A DNA stretch of 61,049 nt from Selenomonadaceae bacterium (lineage in GTDB: Bacteria; Bacillota; Negativicutes; Selenomonadales; Selenomonadaceae): NCBI GenBank assembly GCA_017444245.1, contig JAFSXD010000001.1, forward strand, positions 1 to 61,049, given 5' to 3'. Under the pieces are notes generated by a model. That model ran no database searches, was not told the DNA's origin, and was given only the letters and a program-made list of their open reading frames with translations. Numbering within the stretch: the stretch's first letter is position 1; each line of letters opens with the position of its first letter. Shown piece after piece: positions 9,351-16,812 of the stretch. The position numbers were made by a program, and so were the translations under genes.

Positions 9351-10234
9351 GGGGGGGGGTAGGAATTTAGTTGTGATGCGACTTCTCCTACAGTTGTAAT
9401 TTGTGGAAAATTTAATTTTGCGTAAATGAATTGTTCGACGCCCATGCCGAGCACGCGGCACGAAAATAAAAAATGTTGCAGACGATTTTCCACCGTGTCA
9501 AGGCAATAAAAACCGACTGCACCATAATCACCGAATTTGTCACGCACAAAAATCAATGCGCAATTATAGCGATCGTCTTCAACCAATTTTTCCAAATCAG
9601 ATTTTGAATCGCGGCGTTTCGTGAAGTTCAGCTGATTCGTTCGCGCAACCAACTCCGCAATGCGCTCAAGATTTTTTCTGCAGTCATGGGAAATTGCAAG
9701 CTGAATGTTGGCACTCTGTAAAAATTCTTCGTTAGACGCGGCGGATTTTTTTTCCGATTGCTTTTTCTCCAAAATTTTGTACCGGTTCAATCGTTCGTGT
9801 TTGGCGTCAGAAATTTTCAGCGAATCGGCCGCGCTATAAAGTTCGTCAAGATTTTTTGCGTCAAGCGTCATAATCTCCGGCAAATAAAATTTCGCCTCGC
9901 CCAAATTGCTTGAGTTGTCGTCGACGAACAAAACATTTTCTGCGCGAAGTCCCATATCGTCAAGCATGGACTTTATACGTTCGCCCTTAGGCGTCCAATC
10001 TATTGACGGAAAAACGAATAAATCCCAAATGTCCCACGCGATTAATTTTTCTTTGACGGGCTGAAAATCATTTTTTGAACAAATTGAATTGATAATGCCT
10101 GCGTCCGTTAATTTTCGTAGTGTTGAAAAATTTTTTTCAATCGGTGTAACGGGAATTTCTGAAGTTATCGTCCCCGCCCAAAATGTTTCGTCCAAATCCC
10201 AAATTACGAGCTTAACTTTTGTGATGTCAAACAT
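9260..10234 (-). CDS. N-terminal fragment: FkbH-like HAD-IIIC phosphatase domain
   Basis: Motifs seen: MFDITKVKLVIWDLDETFW (DxDxT), LFVDDN, RTNQLNFTKRR, DKFGDYGAVG and FLFSCRVLGMGVE. The last ~27 codons after the C9 tract are out-of-frame tail. Confidence 0.8.
   Translation of the reverse strand: MFDITKVKLVIWDLDETFWAGTITSEIPVTPIEKNFSTLRKLTDAGIINSICSKNDFQPVKEKLIAWDIWDLFVFPSIDWTPKGERIKSMLDDMGLRAENVLFVDDNSSNLGEAKFYLPEIMTLDAKNLDELYSAADSLKISDAKHERLNRYKILEKKQSEKKSAASNEEFLQSANIQLAISHDCRKNLERIAELVARTNQLNFTKRRDSKSDLEKLVEDDRYNCALIFVRDKFGDYGAVGFYCLDTVENRLQHFLFSCRVLGMGVEQFIYAKLNFPQITTVGEVASQLNSYPPPFGLRRFLLKNIFRKQVTPKKLLCKMHREF
9351..9359 (-). repeat. homopolymer C9 (minus strand) that splits the FkbH-HAD/acetyltransferase gene
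   Basis: There are nine G on the plus strand. The upstream frame reads ..SQLNSYPPP and the downstream frame ..PPPIWVEEISL. C10 or C7 would fuse the two frames. Confidence 0.9.
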
Positions 10235-10236
10235 TT

Positions 10237-10656
10237 TCAGTCCTCAAAAATTTCTAGTTCGCTGAAATAAATTTTAATTTCACGCGCGGCATTTTCGGGG
10301 CTGTCCGAAGCGTGAACGGCGTTTCTGGTGCTGCTCTCCGCGTAAAGTTTGCGTACCGTTCCTTCTGCGGCGTTGTCTGGATTCGTTGCACCGTGAATTT
10401 CGCGAACTCGTTTGATGACATTTTCCCCAGCCAAAACCAACGCCATAATCGGCGCACTTGTCATGAACTTTACAAGATCGTCGTAATACGCCCGCCCGAT
10501 GTGTTCGACGTAATGACTTGCGGCAATTTTTTCATCCATTTTCAAAATTTTTGCCGCGCAGATTTTAAAACCTTCCGCCTCGTACATTTTCAAAATATCG
10601 CCGCAATGACCCGCGCCAAATGCGTCCGGCTTTATCAATACCAAAGTTTTTTCCAC
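10237..10656 (-). CDS. ndk: nucleoside-diphosphate kinase
   Basis: Starts MEKTLVLIKPDAF and carries NAVHASDS (catalytic His). Confidence 0.9.
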   Translation of the reverse strand: MEKTLVLIKPDAFGAGHCGDILKMYEAEGFKICAAKILKMDEKIAASHYVEHIGRAYYDDLVKFMTSAPIMALVLAGENVIKRVREIHGATNPDNAAEGTVRKLYAESSTRNAVHASDSPENAAREIKIYFSELEIFED

Positions 10657-10681
10657 GTTAATTTCTCCTTAAAAAATTTTT

Positions 10682-10721
10682 CATTACGCATTGCGCGTTA
10701 CAAATTACACATTACGCATTG
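10682..10721. repeat. 7-nt-period boundary repeat (CATTRCG/xxTTACA)
   Basis: The units read cattacg cattgcg cgttaca aattaca cattacg cattg. The repeat overlaps the prfC stop codon. Confidence 0.75.
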
Positions 10722-12316
10722 TCAAACGGCGTTGCGTTCATCAAAAGTTTTGGATTATTGTCACCAATCCAGCCGAGCGACCACTCATTTTCGACAATCA
10801 GCACAGGATTTTCTTTTCTGTCCAAGACAAACATTCCGCGATCCGCGCCGCGCAGAGTTGCAGGCGTAACTTTGCTGTCGTCTTCGTATTTCAGCCAACG
10901 CGCAACTTCAAACGGCAACATCGTCAGCAAAATATCAACGTTGTATTCGGATTTCAAACGGTACTGCAAAACTTCAAATTGCAAAGTCCCAACCGTGCCG
11001 ACAATGTACGAATCCGTTCCCGCACCGACGGGATAAAAAAGTTGAATCGCGCCCTCCTGCGTCAACTGTTCGATACCCTTTGCAAACTGCTTGCGTTTCA
11101 TCGTGTCCTTTGCTTGAACGCGCGCAAATTTTTCCGGCGGGAAAATCGGAAAGTCTTCAAACTTAAACTTATGCGTGGCGTCCGTCAAAGTGTCGCCGAT
11201 TCCGAAAATTCCCGTGTCGAAAAGTCCTACAATGTCGCCGGGAAAAGCTTCTTCGATAATTTGACGCTCCTGCGCAAGAAATTGTTGAGGTTGCGAAAGT
11301 TTAACGAGTTTATTCGACGGCGCATGCCAAACGTTCATGTTTCGTTCAAATTTCCCTGAACAAATTCGTATGAAAGCTAATCTGTCGCGGTGCGCAGGAT
11401 TCATATTAGCTTGGATTTTGAAAACGAAGGCAGAAAATTTTTCGTCGGTGGGCTCAATAATTCCGTCGTCCGAAAGTCTTGGTGCAGGCGGCGGCGCAAG
11501 TCTCAAGTACTCTTCCAAAAAATTTTTCACGCCGAAATTTGTCATTGCCGAGCCAAAAAAAGTTGGCGTCAAATCCCCCGCGTTGATTTTGTCCAAATCG
11601 AATTTTTCTCCCGCCTCGTCCAGCAACATCAAATCATCTTGCAAGGCGTCAAAATTATTTTGCCCGATACGTTTAATAACTTCCGCGTCGTTCGGCGAAA
11701 AAATTTCTGAAATGCGTTCGGTCTGTCCATGCGAAGTGTCTTCGGCAAAAAGTTCAACCAAATTTTTTTCGCGGTCGTAAACGCCGAGATATTTTCCGTC
11801 CGTGCCGATTGGAAAATTCATCGGATAAGCGCGAATCCCCAAAACTTTTTCAACTTCGTCAAGCAAATCAAGCGGAACTTTTCCGTAGCGATCCAATTTG
11901 TTTATGAAAGTGAAAATTGGAATGCGCCGTTCACGACAAACCTTAAAAAGTTTTTTTGTCTGCGCCTCGACGCCCTTAGCAGCGTCCAAAACCATAACCG
12001 CGCTGTCGACAGCCATAAGCGTGCGGTAAGTGTCTTCGGAAAAATCCTGATGTCCCGGCGTGTCCAAAATATTTATTCGGCAACCCGCGTAATCGAATTG
12101 CAAAACTGAACTCGTTACGGAAATTCCGCGTTGCTTTTCAATTTCCATCCAATCAGAAACGGCGTGACGTTGCGCCTTGCGTGATTTTATTGACCCCGCA
12201 AGGTGTATTGCGCCGCCGTACAGCAAAAGTTTTTCGGTCAGCGTGGTTTTGCCTGCGTCGGGGTGTGAGATTATCGCGAACGTCCGCCGCTTAGCTATTT
12301 CTTCGGTAAATGACAA
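10712..12316 (-). CDS. prfC: peptide chain release factor 3
   Basis: RTFAIISHPDAGKTTLTEKLLLYGGAI and DTPGHQDF GTPase motifs; 534 aa. Confidence 0.95.
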   Translation of the reverse strand: MSFTEEIAKRRTFAIISHPDAGKTTLTEKLLLYGGAIHLAGSIKSRKAQRHAVSDWMEIEKQRGISVTSSVLQFDYAGCRINILDTPGHQDFSEDTYRTLMAVDSAVMVLDAAKGVEAQTKKLFKVCRERRIPIFTFINKLDRYGKVPLDLLDEVEKVLGIRAYPMNFPIGTDGKYLGVYDREKNLVELFAEDTSHGQTERISEIFSPNDAEVIKRIGQNNFDALQDDLMLLDEAGEKFDLDKINAGDLTPTFFGSAMTNFGVKNFLEEYLRLAPPPAPRLSDDGIIEPTDEKFSAFVFKIQANMNPAHRDRLAFIRICSGKFERNMNVWHAPSNKLVKLSQPQQFLAQERQIIEEAFPGDIVGLFDTGIFGIGDTLTDATHKFKFEDFPIFPPEKFARVQAKDTMKRKQFAKGIEQLTQEGAIQLFYPVGAGTDSYIVGTVGTLQFEVLQYRLKSEYNVDILLTMLPFEVARWLKYEDDSKVTPATLRGADRGMFVLDRKENPVLIVENEWSLGWIGDNNPKLLMNATPFDNA

Positions 12317-12340
12317 ATTTTTTCAAACCTCCTGCGCGGA

Positions 12341-12940
12341 TTAATTAAGCGTTATACCAAATTTTTGAATCAAGTCTTTGTGATTTTTGAGTTGCTCCAT
12401 GAACTCGGGCAAAATATTTTTCAAGTATGCAAGCTCCTGCGGATTTTCGGTAAGTTCAATACTTTTTGCGTAGCGGACATACGCAAGGAACGTTTCAAAA
12501 TCTTCTTGAGTATATTTTTCTGCTACGTCGTCGCCAAAATATTTTCGAAGATTTTCGCTGATAATGTAGCAGAAAGGTCCTCCATGCTGACTTTTAAAAA
12601 ACATAGAAATTTGCGAGTCAATGTAGATTGCATTTAATTTGTTGAACTGGTTTAAGCACAGTTGCACTACATTCAAATCACAAAATCGCGGAATTAAAAT
12701 ACTCTCCGTTTCATCTTTAAGAAATATTGTATTGTGCGAAACCGATCCGACTGTTGAAGCAAAAATTTCAGAATTTGCCAAAATATTGAGCTGTGCCTCA
12801 AGAGGAACCCTTTCAGGCTGTATTATGGAATAGCCCTTAGACTGAAAATAATTTGCCAGTCGTTCTTCTCCTATTTGTTTACCAAAACCGTGAAAAAAGT
12901 AGAACTTTTTTTCCGGCAGTGTCGAAAAATTTTTCTGCAT
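12341..12940 (-). CDS. C-terminal fragment of a frameshifted GT61/DUF563 glycosyltransferase
   Basis: EKKFYFFHGFGKQIGEERL..LNILANSEIFASTVGSVSHNTIFL is present. The same frame is open back to the G-tract (QKLLYTTEYAETIDRVRNFMQ..). Confidence 0.75.
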   Translation of the reverse strand: MQKNFSTLPEKKFYFFHGFGKQIGEERLANYFQSKGYSIIQPERVPLEAQLNILANSEIFASTVGSVSHNTIFLKDETESILIPRFCDLNVVQLCLNQFNKLNAIYIDSQISMFFKSQHGGPFCYIISENLRKYFGDDVAEKYTQEDFETFLAYVRYAKSIELTENPQELAYLKNILPEFMEQLKNHKDLIQKFGITLN

Positions 12941-13536
12941 AAAGTTTCGTACTCTGTCAATAGTTTCAGCATATTCGGTGGTGTAAAGCAGTTTCTGCCC
13001 CCCCCCCCCGCGTAGAAAAGCGACGGGTCAGGTAGAATCACGTTTTGAAATTTGGTTGCGTGTGTAATTATGTTTAATCTCGAAAGGTCTACTTCCAAAA
13101 CTTGAAGAAGTTTTACAAAATTGGGAATTATGTTCTGTCCCATTAAATTTACTGCCAGCTTACAAGTTGAAAAGTATCTTTTGTAAGGATCGCTAGTCAA
13201 AAACCACAATCTTTTTATGTGATCTGTCAGACAATGCCCCCAAACAGAATTAAAAGTTCCAAGAAAAATCACAGTTTCTGGACTAATTCGTAAATCTTCA
13301 TTTGGAGTGTAAACGTCGCCAATGCCTTCATGGACTGAAGTTCCTTCTACGAAATTTCCTTTGCCGTCAATGATGCCACCGAAACCATTTAATCCAAGAC
13401 GACCATCTAAATCTAAGTGTGGCAAAATTGTTCCATTCTCGATAATTCGGAAATGCAATTTTTTATCGGAGAAATGAGTTTCGTTTAGCTTGTCGCCAAA
13501 AAATTCTCTGTTATACAAACCGTCGTAGTTTACCAT
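12871..13536 (-). CDS. N-terminal fragment of the GT61/DUF563 glycosyltransferase
   Basis: FLGTFNSVWGHCLTDHIKRLWFL is a GT61-type GH..D...RL motif. The tail after the G12 tract is out of frame. Confidence 0.7.
   Translation of the reverse strand: MVNYDGLYNREFFGDKLNETHFSDKKLHFRIIENGTILPHLDLDGRLGLNGFGGIIDGKGNFVEGTSVHEGIGDVYTPNEDLRISPETVIFLGTFNSVWGHCLTDHIKRLWFLTSDPYKRYFSTCKLAVNLMGQNIIPNFVKLLQVLEVDLSRLNIITHATKFQNVILPDPSLFYAGGGGRNCFTPPNMLKLLTEYETLCRKIFRHCRKKSSTFFTVLVNK
12998..13009 (-). repeat. homopolymer G12 (minus strand) that splits the GT61 gene
   Basis: I counted twelve C on the plus strand. The upstream frame reads ..LFYAGGGG then goes out of frame. G13 or G10 would join it to QKLLYTTEY.. 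Confidence 0.9.
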
Positions 13537-13551
13537 AAAAATTTTTCCACC

Positions 13552-14466
13552 TTATTGAGTTATGATTTTGCCGACGAGTTCAGAAATATTTTTCAGCCGG
13601 CGACGTTGCAAATATTTTTCCAAGTCGGCGATTATTTTCATAATTACGTTTGGGTCGGCGAAATTTGCCGTACCGATTGCGACAGCAGATGCCCCCGCCA
13701 AAAAAAATTCCACAGCGTCCGCGCAACTGCGAATGCCACCCATGCCAATCACGGGAATTTTTACTGCTTGAGCAACTTGATAAACCATGCGAACCGCCAC
13801 AGGTTTCACCGAGCCGCCGGACAATCCGCCCGTAATATTTCCAAGCGTCGGTTTCCACGTCTCAATATTAATTTCCATGCCAATCAGCGTGTTTATCAGC
13901 GAAACGCAATCCGCCCCCGCGCCTTCCACAGCCAAAGCAATTTCCGCAACGTCCGTGACATTTGGGCTTAGTTTCACGATAACGGGCTTGTCTGTATTTT
14001 TTTTCGCCGACGCCGTCACTGATGCCGCCGCGTTCGGATTCGTCCCAAAAATAATTCCGCCGTCTTTCACGTTCGGACATGAAATATTTAATTCAATCGC
14101 CGCCACCCCGTCAACGTCCAAAAGTTTTGCAAGCTCGCCGTAATCTTCGACGCTTGAGCCGCTGATATTTACGATGACGTTCATGCCAAAATTTTTTATG
14201 CGCGGGAGAATTTCCGATAAAAATTTTTCCACGCCGGGATTTTCCAGCCCGATTGAATTTAACATTCCCGACGGCGTCTCGGCAATGCGCACGCCCTTAT
14301 TTCCGTTGCGCGGCTTCAGCGTCAAGCATTTTGTAACGACGCCGCCCATTTGTGCAAGGTCTACAAAATTTGCAAACTCTTCACCAAATCCAAACGTCCC
14401 CGACGCGGAAAGTATCGGCGTTTGCATTTTTATGCCGCAAATTTCTGTTTTTAAAAGTTCACTCAT
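13552..14466 (-). CDS. pyrD: dihydroorotate dehydrogenase, catalytic subunit (class 1B)
   Basis: ILSASGTFGFGEEF, NVIVNISGSS and ELNISCPNV motifs. I prefer the ATG at 14466 (AAGGGA RBS) over the track start at 14508. Confidence 0.9.
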   Translation of the reverse strand: MSELLKTEICGIKMQTPILSASGTFGFGEEFANFVDLAQMGGVVTKCLTLKPRNGNKGVRIAETPSGMLNSIGLENPGVEKFLSEILPRIKNFGMNVIVNISGSSVEDYGELAKLLDVDGVAAIELNISCPNVKDGGIIFGTNPNAAASVTASAKKNTDKPVIVKLSPNVTDVAEIALAVEGAGADCVSLINTLIGMEINIETWKPTLGNITGGLSGGSVKPVAVRMVYQVAQAVKIPVIGMGGIRSCADAVEFFLAGASAVAIGTANFADPNVIMKIIADLEKYLQRRRLKNISELVGKIITQ

Positions 14467-14545
14467 CAAAATTTCCCTTAAGCAATTATTTTTGTCACTA
14501 TTACCCAACGCATGAGCGTGACGCGAATGTTACGAACTTTTTTTA

Positions 14546-14581
14546 CTGACTAACTAGCGATCTGGCGATCTAACTAACTAA
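14546..14581. repeat. 8-nt-period boundary repeat (CTAACTAG CGATCTGG CGATCTAA CTAACTAA)
   Basis: It lies between the pyrD start and the flavoprotein stop, and overlaps that stop codon. Confidence 0.85.
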
Positions 14582-15221
14582 TTACGAGTTCACGCCCGAT
14601 TTTGTAAGCGTCATCAAGTTGCGTCTGCCAAAATTTTTTTCTGTACTCAATTTTATGCTGTTCGTCGAAAATCGAAGACTCGTACTTTGAATAATCTTTA
14701 AATTGAAGTGTATCGAAAGCCAAAAGTCTTTTTGGTTTAACTCCCAAAACATTTTCAGAAAATCTTTCGTACATTCCCGCCAAATGTTCCATGTTGAATT
14801 GTTCCCAATGATCTTTCGTCATGTTCATCGTGTAAAAAAATGCGCTTGGAAGTTTTTTAGGAAAGACCGTTGGAATTTCCGTGCTGTAAATGTAGTTGGA
14901 GAAAATCAGCCGCTCAATGAACGCAATCATTCCCGAAGATAAATTCATAAAATAAATTGGCGAGCCGAAAATTATCGCGTCGGCAAGTTTAATTTCTTCC
15001 AAAATCGGCGACAAATCATCTTTCATCGCGCAAGTGCCGTGCTCTTTACTTTTCAGCTTGCAATAAAAACAACTCGTGCAACCTTTAAAATTCAGCGCGT
15101 AAAGATTAATCGTCGTGACTTCCGCGCCCGCGTCCTGCGCACCGATCGCCGCACTCTTCAAAAGTTGCGCGGTGTTTCCGTTTTTGCGCGGACTGCCGTT
15201 AACCAAAATAATTTTTTTCAT
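14574..15221 (-). CDS. flavodoxin-fold NAD(P)H-dependent FMN reductase / iron-sulfur flavoprotein family
   Basis: Starts MKKIILVNGSPRKNGNT and has a CTSCFYC cysteine cluster. It is inserted between pyrK and pyrD. Confidence 0.7.
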   Translation of the reverse strand: MKKIILVNGSPRKNGNTAQLLKSAAIGAQDAGAEVTTINLYALNFKGCTSCFYCKLKSKEHGTCAMKDDLSPILEEIKLADAIIFGSPIYFMNLSSGMIAFIERLIFSNYIYSTEIPTVFPKKLPSAFFYTMNMTKDHWEQFNMEHLAGMYERFSENVLGVKPKRLLAFDTLQFKDYSKYESSIFDEQHKIEYRKKFWQTQLDDAYKIGRELVIS

Positions 15222-15248
15222 TCTAATTCTAAGCTCTCCAAAAAAATT

Positions 15249-16016
15249 TTACGTGTTGAAAATAAATTCCCTTGCGTCGAATACCGGACCGTCCTTGCAA
15301 ACTTTTTTCCGTCCGTTTATCGTGTCAATCGAACAACTCAAGCAAGCCCCGAGCCCGCACGCCATACGACGTTCAAAACAAATTTCACAGTGCAAACCGT
15401 TTGCGATTGCCTCAAGTGCCGTGCCGTACATCATGATATCCGGTCCGCAGGTGTAGACGGCTGAATATTTATCGGCGGACAAAATTTCCGGCAAATAATC
15501 CGTCGCAAAACCTTTTCGCCCGTAACGATAGCTACCGTCGTCCGTCGTCACAAAAATAATGTCAATCGAGGGCAAGTGACTAAATTCTTTTATCCAAAAC
15601 GTAACTTCGTCACGATTGCGCCCGCCAATTAAAATTTCAACTTCGCGCAATTTTTCAGCCACGCTCAAAAGCGGAGCAAGCCCCATGCCCCCGCCGACCA
15701 ACAAAACTTTACTGCTTGCGTTCATGCTGAACCCGTTGCCCAGCGGTGCCAAAAGATTCAACGAACTGCCCGCCTTCAACGTCGACAAAAATTCTGTGCC
15801 GCGTCCAACCACGCGATAAAAAATTTTCACGCCGTTAATGGTTGACGCAATTCCAAACGGTCGACGCAGTGTAAATTCCGAAGAGGGCAACTTTATTTGT
15901 ACAAACTGCCCCGCCTTCGCTGTCGCCGCAATTTCCGGCGCGTCCACTTCCAATTTGAAAACACTCGGCGCAACTTCTACATTGGATTTTATTTCGCTCT
16001 CAAAAAGTTTACTCAT
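15249..16016 (-). CDS. pyrK: dihydroorotate dehydrogenase electron-transfer subunit
   Basis: RRPFGIAS FAD-binding motif, GGGMGLAPL, and a C-terminal CGLGACLSC 2Fe-2S motif. Confidence 0.9.
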   Translation of the reverse strand: MSKLFESEIKSNVEVAPSVFKLEVDAPEIAATAKAGQFVQIKLPSSEFTLRRPFGIASTINGVKIFYRVVGRGTEFLSTLKAGSSLNLLAPLGNGFSMNASSKVLLVGGGMGLAPLLSVAEKLREVEILIGGRNRDEVTFWIKEFSHLPSIDIIFVTTDDGSYRYGRKGFATDYLPEILSADKYSAVYTCGPDIMMYGTALEAIANGLHCEICFERRMACGLGACLSCSIDTINGRKKVCKDGPVFDAREFIFNT

Positions 16017-16056
16017 TTAATTTCGCCCCCTTCTTCCTGTGCCAGTCGTTGAAAAA

Positions 16057-16743
16057 TTATTCTGCGCGAACGAAAATTAAAACGTTGCCCTGCGTTGAGA
16101 ATTTCCATTTGTAATTTGAAATTGCCTTGAAGAACGCGAAGGAGCAATCCTCTTTCAAATCGTCGTGAAGTACGACAGCCAAGACTTTCACTCTGGAAAG
16201 CCACTCGTCAACATTGTTCGCGCTGAAGACTTCTTTTTCTGCGCCGTTGATGTCAATTTTAAGCAAGTCAATTTTTTCCGCGCCGGACTCCGCCAAAATT
16301 TTTGAAAGCGTCGTGGATTTAATTGCGTTTGAATCATCTGCGCCGGTTTCAACTACCGTGTAACCACTTTCGCCGTTTTCGTTTTCTTCCACGCGCAGAG
16401 AAGTTTCCCAACTCCAAACTGCCGAATTTGCAAGTTTGATGTTGTCGTAGAAAATCGTGTTGTATTGCAAAAATTTGAAATTGGTTTTGTCAGGCTCAAT
16501 GGCGAAAATCTGCGCGTCGGGATATTCGTTTGCAAAAAAGATTGTGCTGTAGCCGATATTCGCGCCGCAATCGACAATCAATTTCGGCTGAAAATTTTCC
16601 AATTCCAATTTGTACTTGCCGTAATCAAAAATTTCTTGTCCAACGGTTTCGTCAGTCGTGCCGCCGCGATAAGAGAACGGCAAGCCCATAACGTCGCTAA
16701 TTTGCAAATCGAGACTACGAATAAAATCAACAGTGTTTGACAT
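16057..16743 (-). CDS. FkbM-family SAM-dependent methyltransferase
   Basis: VDCGANIGYSTIFFANEYPDAQIFAIEPDKTNF is present. Confidence 0.8.
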   Translation of the reverse strand: MSNTVDFIRSLDLQISDVMGLPFSYRGGTTDETVGQEIFDYGKYKLELENFQPKLIVDCGANIGYSTIFFANEYPDAQIFAIEPDKTNFKFLQYNTIFYDNIKLANSAVWSWETSLRVEENENGESGYTVVETGADDSNAIKSTTLSKILAESGAEKIDLLKIDINGAEKEVFSANNVDEWLSRVKVLAVVLHDDLKEDCSFAFFKAISNYKWKFSTQGNVLIFVRAE

Positions 16744-16773
16744 GAAATAAAACCTCCGTTTGTTAGTGATTAG

Positions 16774-16808
16774 CTTAAAGCTTGAAGCTTGAAGCTTAAA
16801 GCTTCTAG
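16774..16808. repeat. 7-nt-period boundary repeat (CTTRAAG)x4 plus CTTCTAG
   Basis: The units read cttaaag cttgaag cttgaag cttaaag cttctag. It lies between the FkbM start and the carB stop. Confidence 0.9.
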
Positions 16809-16812
16809 CGAC

